Positions 25,101-37,800 of a stretch of DNA of 64,000 nt are shown here, piece by piece (position 1 is the stretch's first letter; every line of letters starts with the position of its first letter). The notes below the pieces were generated by a model. It saw only the letters and a program-made list of their open reading frames with translations, did no database searches and had not been told where the DNA came from. The DNA lies in the NCBI RefSeq assembly GCF_037042905.1, contig NC_087250.1:7566001-7630000 (forward strand), given 5' to 3'. This DNA is from Lytechinus pictus (taxonomy: Eukaryota). A program made the translations under genes and the position numbers.

Positions 25101-28100
25101 ATCTATTGAAGCGAGGGCCGATGTCTTGAGGTATCTGACCATGTAAGGAAACATATGGTTGACTTCATCTGGGTGAGGCTTAAAAACCAACTCTATCTCC
25201 TAGTTAGAAACGCAGAAACAAGAAAGAAAGAATGAGATATACAATGTAAAAATGCTCAAAAGATAGTGAACCCCACCAGAAAAGGAACATATATTTAAAG
25301 TCTTCAAGTTCTGCCATGTTTTAGATATTTAATTGCGAAGTCAGGTGATAAAATATTACATTCAGTGAAGTTTGTTTCTCTGGGCTCGCCAAAAGTTTTA
25401 AGTGTTGTTGTCCACATTTAACACTCAGCAGGAAGGACGACATTTTGTATTGGGGTTAACTAACTTCTGGTGGGGTTCACTAACTATTGAGCAGAACTGT
25501 ACATGTCAAACCTGTCAATAAAAAGGTGAAGTTCACCCTGATGAACAACAATTTTAGTAAAAATATGGAAAAGGTTTGACAAAATCCACAAAGAATGCCG
25601 GAGATATTTTTTTTTGCAGGAGTTTCTGCATTTCATTCATAAATCAATAACAAATGGAAAAAAAATGATACAATAACAACGACATAAATGAGTACATTTT
25701 TGTGTGACAATCGAAAATATAAATAATGTATAAGACTGAAAACTACATAAATGAAGCATGTAAAATAGTAAAGTGGGTAAAAATGCAGGGGCCAGCTATA
25801 ATAAGCAGGTAACTGCTTGAAACAATAGCAGCTTGAAACAATAGCAAACATATGAATGTTTCAGATTTGACTTTGTGATATTAAATATGAGCAGCCACCC
25901 TATATGTTATCAATGCCATAAATTCAATTTTTTATGGTTTATGATGACTAGATATATTTTCCTTAATAAAGAAACGTGTATGAAATGATGTGTCTGATAA
26001 TATAATGAATGCACTAGAAAAAATCATTTTCAATTTACGGAGGACATGTCGCCGTTGGAAAAGCAGCGCCTATGGTCTCTCTCTGCTATCCAGGGCCCCG
26101 TCTTGCAAAGAAATGCGAATGATCCGATCAACCACAATTATGAAAAGCCAGTAATGCCAACATCTAAATGTATTCTAGATATAATGTATATTCATACATC
26201 CATCAATTTCTTGAAAATTCAGTGAGCTCCTCTTTGCTTAAAAAGGACATTGTGCAGCTTTCCTATAAAAAAAATTATGACATTGATGGATTTCCATACA
26301 GTTGAGATTGATCAGATCAATCGTAACTCTTTGTAATACCAGGTACAGGTGGGATAATAAACTGTTTATATTGACTTACATTAGATGGGTCTGGTAAGTC
26401 AATACTACCTTCCCCCTCTCCCTCCACATCTCCACAGCTACTGGAATCATCTGATGTTCTAGCCCGTTTCATCGCCTAAAAAATAAAAATAACAGAGGAA
26501 TGAATGTGAATGTCATAAACATACATGGCCCTACAAAATAATAATGAGAGTTACATTTATATAGCGCTTCATACATTGATACATTGGTTTCTAAGCGCTT
26601 AACATTGTAATTATTATTTTTTTTAAATAAGCAGCAATTAATGTTATAGAAGAATCCCCCTCGCTGAGCAGGGCCCCCGAGACAGAGGCAAATAAAATAT
26701 TTTATAAAATAGGTGTATTATTTCTAGCATCGCGATTGGCCAATATGCGTCACATGACATCCAACTTTTTTGTGCACTGCATGGCAGTGCAAAAGGTGCG
26801 CAATGAAAATTGACATTGCACGCTCAAGCAGACTAGTGCGGTAGAAGTCCAACAAAACTGTACTGTAAATTTTTAAGAATTTGTTTCTGTGTTGCTATTT
26901 TATAAAACAAATAATGCACTTGCTTTGTCGTGAGTAAAAGTAATTGCAGAGAAAGCTAGGTTTCTTCAGATGGTGCACACTGGGCACTCGCCGCCAGCGG
27001 CTCGTGCACAGTGCGGCACCTATCTAAAGAAACCTTGCATGCTTTGCATTTCCACTAACGCACTCGGCTGCATGCATTAGTTGTATAGTAAAAGAAAACA
27101 CAAAGAAAGCTACCAAATAAATGGATTCAAATAGGTGAATGTGAAAATCAGAACGCGTTCGAAATTTAAAAAAAAGAATGAAAATCAACAAAGGTACAAG
27201 AAAAATGAGAGAGAAAGGGGCAGGACAACAGTTAACTTTTACAACATAACGAACTCTAATCTCTGATGCAAACACTTTTAGCATTATTTTTCAGCAAAAA
27301 TTCTTTGTGCCAAGATCGTGGTACAGTGCACCTGCAGCAGCTGGGCGCTGCGCTGCAAGCCAGCAAAGTGAAGAGACACTGCGTGCTGGTAGAAGATTTT
27401 ACGTTGTAAGAGCGCATTTGATTGGCCAATTTGGCTCAGTAGGGGAGTGGCTTAAAGGGAGTTAATCGAGCGCTAATCGTTTTCAGATGACAAATTTTGA
27501 GGTCTATTAGCGCTCCATTAAATGGGTAACTTTACAAGGAAAGTTATGAGGAAACTCCTCCATGCAGAGTATTGAAATTAGACAACAAGACTACAATGTT
27601 CGGCGAGCCCAGAGAAAAAAAAAGCTTCAATAAATTAAATATTTCATCACCCAGGGCTCGACACTAGCGCCGGTCCGACGGTCCCAGACCGGTAAAAATC
27701 ACTGTCGGGCCGGTAGATTTTCAGAAATAGCAAGATTTACTGGTCCGACAAGACCAGTAAGAAAATATCATTGTCGGGCCGGTAATTTTTCCAAAAATAG
27801 CAAGATTTATGGGTCCGACATAAACAGTAATAAAAACCATTGTTGGGCCAGTAACTTTTCCAGAAATGGTCAAATTCACTAGTCCAACATAAACATAAAA
27901 AATATTCCATGACTCAAATTGCAAACCATTTTCCTCCCGTTAAATTTGGTCATTCACACACAGAATACACACAGAATGAATCGCATGCAATTTTTACTAG
28001 GGTAACATACAGTGTACATATGGCTAGCCAGCCACACAGCCCACATGGTGAATTTTCTACTGGCTGCACGAACGAAGCTTGGCGAAGCTTGGCAAACCTC

Positions 28101-28812
28101 TGGCAGAAATCTCTCACAGAACGGTCAAAATTCACATTTCACACTAATGAAAAGCTCTTATAATGTCCATATTTCCTAAAAATTGGGGTAACTGTCATTT
28201 GTAAGCAGTAAAAGGAGAAATTTTCACTTCTGTTTTAGTTCAAAGAGATCGGGTTTCGAGTGATATCGTCTGAATACATGATAGCCCCACATATGCATTT
28301 GTGTGTGTGTTGATACACTTGGTTTCTTTCGTAGCTATATCTTAATTGAGCCAAAAAGAAACTGATAATTTATTTATGATAGTTTTAGCTTTCTTCCTCT
28401 GTTTTCTTTCTATCTTTCTTTCCTTCTTTCTTTTCAATCTTTCTTTGTTTCTTCCCTCTCTTCTTTAATTTTTTTTGTTACTGTCTTTCTTTTTAAATTA
28501 TTCTGTCTTTCGTTCTTTCATTCTTTCTGTCCTTTTAACATTTTTCTCTATTTCTTTTTCTCTTTCTTTTTTGATTTCTTTCTTTCTTTAATTCTTGAGT
28601 CCATCCATCCTATATTTATCTCTTCTTTCTTTCTTCCTTTCCTTCTTTTTACCCTTTCTTTCCTTCATTCTTTGTTTCTTTCTTCATTCCATCCATCCTT
28701 TCTTTACCATTTCTTGTTTTTTATTTCTTCCTTCTTTCAGCCCTTTCTCTCTTTCTTTCATTCATTCCTTCCTTTCTGTTCTTTCTTTTTTTCCCTTCAT
28801 TCCATCTATCCT

Positions 28813-28849
<37 letters not shown>

Positions 28850-31800
28850 GCTTGCTTCCTTTCCTTTCTTCTTTCGTTCTTTTTTTCCCTCATTCCTTCC
28901 TTTCTTTGTCTTTCGGTCTTTCTTTTTTTTCTTACTTTCATCTATTTTACATTTTCTTTCTTTTTTCTATTGCTTGCTTGCTTCATTCCTTCTTTCCTTC
29001 ATTCTTTTTTCCTTCTATCATTTTACATTTCTTTATTTCTTCCTTCTTTCAATACTTTCTTTCTTTTTTCCTTCTTTCCATCTCTCCTTTTACCCTTTCT
29101 TTCTTTTTTTATTGCTTCTTTCCTTCTTTCTGTCTTTTGTTCTTTCTTTCTATATTGCTTGCTTCATTTCTTTCCTTCTTTCTTTCTTTCCTTCATTCCT
29201 TTATTTCTTCTTTTTCTTTTGTTCTTTCTTTCTTATTTTTGTTCTTTCTTTCCTTCCTTCCTTTCCCTCTTCAGTTCTTTCTTTTTTTCCTTCCTTCACA
29301 TTTATCCTTTCTTTACCCTTTTCTTCCTTTCTTTCTATCTTTTTTCCTTCTTTCCATCTTTCCTTATACCCTTTCTTTCTTAATTTATTGCTTCTTTCCT
29401 TTTTTCATTACTTTCTGTCTTTTGTTTTTTTCTTTCTTTCCTTTCTTTTCTTTTGTTCTTTCTTTCTTTCTTTCTTTTTTCCTTCCTTCACATCTATCCT
29501 TTCTTTACCTTTTATTTGTTCGTCCTTCCTTTCTTTTATTATTTCTTCCTTTGTTTCTGTTTGTCTTGCTTTCTTTTTGTCTTTCATTCCTTCATTTTTT
29601 TTTGGGGGGGGGGGTAACAAGAAAGGACAGCAAAATAAACTCACGCCTTTTTTAATGTTTTCTTTATTTTGGGGACCAGTAGATTTTAGGTTCGGACCAG
29701 TAAAAAATTGAAAAACTGGGTATCTACTGGTCCGACATGAATAGGTTGGACCAGTAGAAAAAAAGGGTTAGTGTGGAGCCCTGCATCACCTGACTTCATA
29801 ATTAATTATCTAAAGCATTGCAAAACTTGGAACACTTTAAATATGTTCAATTTCTGGTGGGGTGTTCACTAACTTTTGAGCACCACTGTATATAATGAAC
29901 TTTTAGACTCGGCAATATATCAAGTGATTCGCGATATTTTGCTGGCGAGAAATCAAATATAGACCAGTACTTCTGTCCATCTCTTCTCTCCAGATTAACA
30001 AAAATGAGTGATGACACAATAAGAGCATAACTTGCACGCATGTATTATGAGACGCACAAATTCAAGGAGAAAAGTATGAGTGGAGACAGATAATAATATG
30101 TTCCATTTGTATAGTGCCGCTACTATAATTGCATATACTCTACTGCGCTTGATACTTGGTATCTTATTATTACCCCGGCTGTAGCAGAGCCGCCGTATAT
30201 GCGCTAAAGCATTCAAGGAATAAATCCTACCGGGTACCCATTCACCTCACCTGGGTCGAGTGCAGCACAATGCGGATAAATTTCCTGCTGAAGGAAAACA
30301 CGCCATGGCTGGGATTCGAACCCACGTCCCTCTGATTGAAAGACGAGAGTCGTAACCACTAGACCACGATGGGAGTGGACGAACAAAAAGGTCGATTATT
30401 TTCTGGTTTTCAGTCGTACCTGGAGAGAATCCCGATCTTGGAATGAATTGCATCCTTGACTAGATGATAAATCCTCCGAATGCGATCTCACTAATCTCCT
30501 CTCCTCCTGAGGGGATTCCGACGGGGGTGTCAGGGGTGCAGAGGGAGGGGGGGCCAGCGCTAATCCCTCCGGGCCTGCTGGTGCTTGAGGGTCGCCGTTC
30601 AGGTCACCGTCGCCATCACCACCACCTCCGCACTGGGCGGGGTCAAGAGCGGAGTCATCTGGGGGTAGCTCGCCACCAGCAAGGTTGAATTCTGGTTTCC
30701 TCTGCAAATTCAATTCAATTTAATTCAATTCAATTTAATTCAATTCAATTCAGTTCAATTCAGTTCAATTCAGTTTAGTTCATTCTTTGTAGTTAGTTCA
30801 TTTCAATTTTATTAACTCAATTCAGTTAAATTCAATTAAGTCAAGTTTAATTCAATTCAATTCAGTTCAGTTCAATTAATTTCAATTCACATTATTTAAA
30901 TTCAATTGAATTTCATGAATTCAACTTATTTCAATTTAATTTGATTCAGTTCAATTCAGTTTAGTCGAGTTCGGATCTGCTCGGCTTAGTTCAGTTCAAT
31001 CGAGTTCAATTTAATTTAATTCAATGTGATTTAAATCAACTTAATTCAAATCAATTCAAATTCAGTTTGATTCGATTAGATTTGTTATGATCCCATTCAA
31101 TTTGATGCAATACAATTTAATTCAATTAAATTCGGTCAAAGTTAATACATTTCAATTCAATAATACATTCATTCAATCAGATTTCTCAAGAGCAGAGAAA
31201 AGAAAAGAGGTCCCAAGTTTTCTTCATGGATAAGTTCCTGTAATACATATCGAGGAAAACATGTGCGGTCTTTCTGAACAGGTTCTCACTTTAAGCAGAT
31301 TTGATTGTATTAGGAAGATGCTGAATTATACAACTCCCGAGAATGTCCTGTAATCTGATTGGTCCAAATCGGATCACATGATATTCAGCGAATTGCACTA
31401 TTGCATCCAAAATGCACTATCCTGCACTCTGACGTCATACCAAATGTACTATCCTGCACTCTGACGTCAGAGTGCAGGATAGTGCGAGGTCTGGAATTAT
31501 CTAGAATGATCTAGAATTTAGATAAAAATATAGCATTCAGGGCAACTCAGTAACATGGGGGAGGGGGGGTTGTATAAAACAAACAATGCACGCATTCATG
31601 TGCATAGAGGACCTAAATAATGAACTCTGTGCTCGACTCGCCAAATGGATATACCGCACTCGGTCCTGCGGACCTCGGTGCGGTATATCCATTGGCTCTT
31701 CTCGCACATCGTTCATTATTTGGCCTTGCATGCACGCGCTTACGTGCATTACTTGTATAATACTTACTTTTGGTGGAACTCTTTGAGCTCTGTTCAGTGC

Positions 31801-34800
31801 TTGGACCTTGAGCCCTTCTTCGATGCTAGAGCTCAGAGCAGTAGCATTATGTCTCTTATTCAGCTTGGCCAAAACCCTCTCCTAGAATAGGTAATACAAA
31901 CAAAGCAATGAAAGGACCACTTTAATTTAATTTAAAATCAAAATCATTATGACATTAATAATATGGTAAATTTTGAGAATACTAGAGCTCAGTGCAGTAG
32001 CATTATGTCTCTTGTTGAGCTTGGCCAAAACCCTCTCCTATAATAGATAATACAAACAAAGCGATGAAAGGACCACTTTAATTCAATTTAAAATAAAAAT
32101 CATTATGACATTAATAATATGGTAAATTTTGAGAATACTAGAGCTCAGTGCAGTAGCATTATGTCTCTTGTTGAGTTTGGCCAAAACCCTCTCCTATAAT
32201 AGATAATACATACAAAGCGATGAAAGGACCACTTTAATTTAATTTAAAATCAAAATCATTATGACATTAATAATATGGTAAATTTTGAGAATACTAGAGC
32301 TCAGAGCAGTAGCATTATGTCTCTTGTTGTACTTGGCCAAATTAAAACCCTCTGCTAAAATATATTATACAAACAAAGCAATGAAAAAACACTTTAATTT
32401 AATTTAAAATCAAAATCATTACAACACTAACAATATGGTAAATTTTGAGAATACTAGAGCTCAGTGCAGTAGCATTGTCTCGTGTTGAGCTTGGCCAAAT
32501 CCCTCTCCTATAACAGATAATGCAAACACAGCAATAATGTAAATGAATGAACCATTTCAATTCATGTAGAATTAACAACATACTGAAATAAAAGACGCTT
32601 CATATAAAAATAATAATATCCAAGTCCCTTTGGAAGCGCATAGAAACATTAAATGGTACATGAATGGAATGTAATCATTACCCAGAGTAGCCACTTAAAT
32701 TATATGACATAAGGATGACATAAGGGGCCCGTCTTACAAAGACTTGCGATAGATCCGATTAATCACAACTATGGAAAGCCAGCAAAGTCAACATATAAAA
32801 TGCATGTTCGCTCAAAAAAATTTCTAGATATGAATGTATATTCATTTAAATTCATTGATTTCTTGACAGTTCGGTGTGTACTCCTTTGCTTACAAAGGAC
32901 ATTTTGCACATTTCCTGTAGAAAAAATAATATCACTGATATATTCCAAAGAGTTACGATTGATTGGATCAATCGCAACTCTTTGTAAGACGGGGCCCAGT
33001 TGTCATGGTGTCATGGCGGCCTGGTTCTAAACAAATGAATCCACCAGATGAAAGCATGTGTTTCTCATAGGAGAAAATGACTGCTATTGGAATTTGATCA
33101 CTTGCAACCTACTTTTCAGACGAGCCAAAATCATTTGCATATTCAAATGTGCACAGACGATCGTCAGCTGCGACTCTGTTTGGAACCAGCTCGCCATGAC
33201 ACCATGGCAACTGACGTCACACGTCGGTGCTCTATTGAAACTGCTCTATCAATGTAGTAGTAACCCAGGCTTTTATATCAAGATTAGTTTCGGATTTGAA
33301 CCCCAAACCTTGCAATTCAAAGACCGGAGGCTTATCAACTCAGCCATCAGGTGAACGTCAGGCTCATACAATGAAAGCACCTATTGTTTGGCAGACAAAA
33401 GGTGCCCCTCCACTTTCTTTGTCCGAGCTTGATGTTCCGCCGCCTCTGATGAAGTTACTACTACAGTAACTTTGCCATCCAAATGGTAACTACCATGGTA
33501 ACGATGCTAATCAGCCAATCAGAATCAAGGATTTCAGAGAAGTTACCATTGGATGCCAAAGTTACCATGAAACAGATACACCTTCCCTGCCTTCTACATT
33601 CTCTATGATGTAACAATTGAAATGATCAAAATCATCCTGTTGCCATGGTTACCTGATGAGCTTCGTATTCATCTCTGCTGGGATAGATCTTTGAGATGAG
33701 GGCGTCGAAATTTGGGTCTGGCCGCAGAGATCTCTTGGAGACAAGTTTCTTACGACACGTCGGGCACTCCTTGTTCCTATTTGGAAACAAGCAATGAAAA
33801 TAATCCTCAAATTGTCATCGCAATCAATTTGGTAACAATGATGTCATCTTATAAACAGCACCATATTATCATAAGACTGTTCAAATTAAAACATAGACTA
33901 CAGGACTTCTGGAAACTTAAAAATAATCATCTTTAATCCTCAAATTGGCATTATTTATTAGTTCTTTTCACATTCTTACATATTAAAAAAAAAACTACAG
34001 ATACAACATGAACTAAAATGTATTATGAGAGCAAATTATAAGTGAAAACTGCAGGCATTTTATTTTTTATTATTTAAAAAAATATTTTTTGGAGGGGGGG
34101 AGGGGAATTTTCACAAATTACTGCCAAGATCTGCATACCGGTATATATGCTATAATATTGTGGGGAATAGGGATTTTCCAGGGCTCTTTTGAGGATTGCA
34201 GGGGTGAAATAACTGAGAGCCCCTTTTCCCTGAGGAAAACTGCCAAAATTAATATCAAAATAGCAATTTAACTTTCATCGCTTGATAATGTGAATTAAAT
34301 TGAACTACACTTACCCACTCCTTAGGGCTGTAATAATACAATCCTGGCAGAATCGATGTAAACATTCCTTGGTGGTATATGTATTCTTCAGCATGTCAAG
34401 ACATATGGGGCACATCAGCTCACTGTGCAGACTCCGGGGGGACACTGCAATCTCAGTGTCATCGGTGATCGCTTCTTGCGGGGAGCGGTGAAGCTCGTAA
34501 AGACTCAATTCTAGGGGGTGTAGAATAGAGAGATGCACTCATGTTTAATTCTAATATTCACAATGGAGTGAAATTTTTATTGCATGGTTTACCAAAGACT
34601 ACCATGACTATGATACAGGGCACGTGTCCTTACGAAACACAAACACAAAGGCCCGAATTCACAAAGGTTGTTTTGAAAACCCACGGTTGAGTCCATGGTT
34701 TATGCAGATTTCCTGTATAAATTACGCTTAATTTAGCGTGTATCAGGCGCTTGTATAAAAAATGTCCAATGCTGATCCACGATTTTGTCACAGTGCGCCA

Positions 34801-37800
34801 AATTGACGCCTATTGCTGTGGTTATCCACGCTATTTTATTCATGAGTCCACTGTTTGAAGAGTGGACTCATTAATTCAAAACAGTGGACTCATGAATAAA
34901 ATAGCGTACCATGGCAACAGGTGTCAATTTGGCGCACTGTGACCAAAGCGCGGATCAGCATTGGACACTTTTCAGTACACATGGCCAAATAACCATAATT
35001 TATACAGAAAATCTGCATATGATAAACCATGGACTCAACCGTGGGTTTTCAAAATCACCTAAAATTTGGGCCTAACAGTCTCATTAACCGGTGGAAGCCT
35101 ATGGCCCCATATATGTGGGCTGGAGTCTGTAGAAAACATGTGTTATAGTGGAACCATCCAGTCTCCAACGGGTTAATTATTCTCTTTTAACTTGTAGTTC
35201 TTTCCCCTGAAGTCCTCAACCAGGAAGGGTTAATTAAGGCTGAATTCTTTATTTTTAGTTGCTTTGCTTCAATATACGGCTGGTACCAAGCCTAACTTGT
35301 TTACTTGACAGCCAATCACAGCTCGCCATTTAGCATCCATTGTCTATTTAATTTGTTTACAAATTTTTGGCATTACTCCTATTTGTTTAAGATCGGTATG
35401 CTCGATCCCCATTACAGATCGAGCATACTGATCTTAAACAAATAGGAGTAATGCCGAAAATTTTTAAACAATTATAATTTCCTCCTATTAAAGCCTCTTC
35501 ATTTACTATTGTCTATTTAGGTTCTATCATATATTGTTTTGCTCTAGCGTTTTAGTCATTCATGCGATTTTACTCCAATGAGTGCATGTAGAAAAGCTTC
35601 AGTATGTCCTTTTTAAGGCTATTTTACGATTTTGCAGTACCACACACTTTTTTATGAATTCTTTATGAAATATACATGTACAATAATAATTTAAGAGGCC
35701 CATATTTTGAAATCAAGTTTAATGCACACTCTGGTCTTAAGTTGTGGTTTAACTATGGAATGCCAATTGTGACACTGATCTCTAACAGCACAGGATCAAA
35801 TTTACCAACTCATTTCTCACTTCAATAATTCATGATTGAGTTAGAATGTTAACTACTAAAGCTTTAGTCAACATTAAAGTATGGAAAAGGAGTACAGAAA
35901 ACACAAGAAATATAGGATATAAACACAATGGCCCGTATTCTGAAGTCAGGTTTAACTTAGACCATGGTCTAACTCTGTGCTAAAATTATGGGAAGCCAAA
36001 AGTGTCAACATTTTTATTAAGTTGTATGTTTCTTATGTTTACTGTGCTCTTTCCTCATTCATCCATGGTGAAGACAATAATCTTTTTATACTTCCTAGGC
36101 AGTTAATAATGTTTCGGGAGTCAAATGAGCTAATACATTGAACCTCTACTGTTAGAGATTTATGTAATAATTGGCTATCCATAGTTAAACCACAACTTAA
36201 AACCAGAGTTTAAATTAAACCCGACTTCAGAATACGGGCCAATGGGTGCTATTATCATAGCCATGGTTTAGTTAAACCTGGGTTAACTTAATCACACTTT
36301 TATAGAGCACTAGCTTTCAATTTATTCACCAACTGAAAATCATTTGTAGGCTGCAGCAAAACTTTGTCAAAGAATTAAGTGAAATGAGAAAAATTGTAAA
36401 ATACAAAATCATAATGAATTTCAATGAATTAATTCATACATTTTTGCCACAAATATGGAGGAAGTACTGTATCATGAAGCCTATCATTCCATAGAACTGT
36501 GGTTTATATCTGTTGACATTTTTGGCTTCCCATAATTTTAGCACATAGTTAGACCATAGAGAAAGTTAACATGGACTTCAGAATATGGGCCAGAGGATCT
36601 CTTTCGCTGGTTCCATGACATTTGCTCCTGCGACAATTGCTCGGCTGTAAATTCCACACACCGATGGAACGACCAACTTCAACCCTGGATTTAACATCAT
36701 ACCCTATCCTAAACCAAACCTTAAACCTAACACAAAACTCTATTGCAACCCTAACCTTAAAACTATATCTTAGACGAAATAGAGCCAGGAGCAACTGTCG
36801 CGAGAGCAATTGTCGCCTGAGCAATTGTCAAGTTATCACGACTTTGCTTACCCCATGATTTGCTGGGTTGGGAATTTCCACTTGCCTGTCATGAAAGAGA
36901 GAGAGAAAAAAAAGAGTGTTAACAGGGTTGTGAACTTGCAAAATATAGAACATTTTTATTGAACATGAAAATAAAGAGATGAAAAAGAGTGAGAAGTTTG
37001 GCAAAATCATAGTTAATGTTAATTGTCAGGGAAAGTTTTTTTTTTAAACCACCCGAAATGAATTATAGGGTTATAGGAACTGATAAATATGTTTTCATTA
37101 TTTTAAAATATTGCTTTCTTCCTTATTTCTTTACTTACTTGTTCTTCAATATGCTCTGTCCTTTTCCCTTTTTTCTATTTTTTTTTTTCATTTTAAGTAA
37201 CATACATAGCCCATACATGGCACACAATCTATAACATGATTAAAGGAATACTTACATCCCCCAACCATACACAAAATACACAGCTTTTGGTCAGGATACC
37301 TCCCCCCCTCCCCCAGCACAGCACTGCCACTTTAATAAAGATGTACATTCACAGCACCCCGATGTATTTCATGCAAACAATACTCTACATGTTAGAACCG
37401 GGCCTATCGTACTTTAATAATCATTCTTTTTCTTAAATCTAAATTTGAATTTTGCATTCCATCCATTAAAAAAGAAAGTAACGATTTAGAATCCCAACGT
37501 TAAACCAAAGTAAAAACTAAAAGTAGTTCTTAGTACATTAGACTTAACTTAGACTTTAAAAACTGAAATAAAAAGTCAGGAGAATTTTTTTTCTTTCTAA
37601 TTATTTTTGTCTTGAAACTTTGACGCGTACAACTTTGGCTTTGAGTTTTTAACATGTTTAAGACTTATTATCTTGCTGCCGTACCAGTTTTAGAATATCA
37701 ATCATGGTCACTTCCTCATCCCCCCCCAAATGCCATGGACAACCCCCCCCCCCCCCCCCCCCTGGACATGTCCTGCACAGCAGCTGCGTAACAGGGGTCG

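Noticed and set aside
28595..29711. Long Phe/Leu/Ser-rich ORFs
   Set aside because: By-product of a stop-poor CT low-complexity tract.
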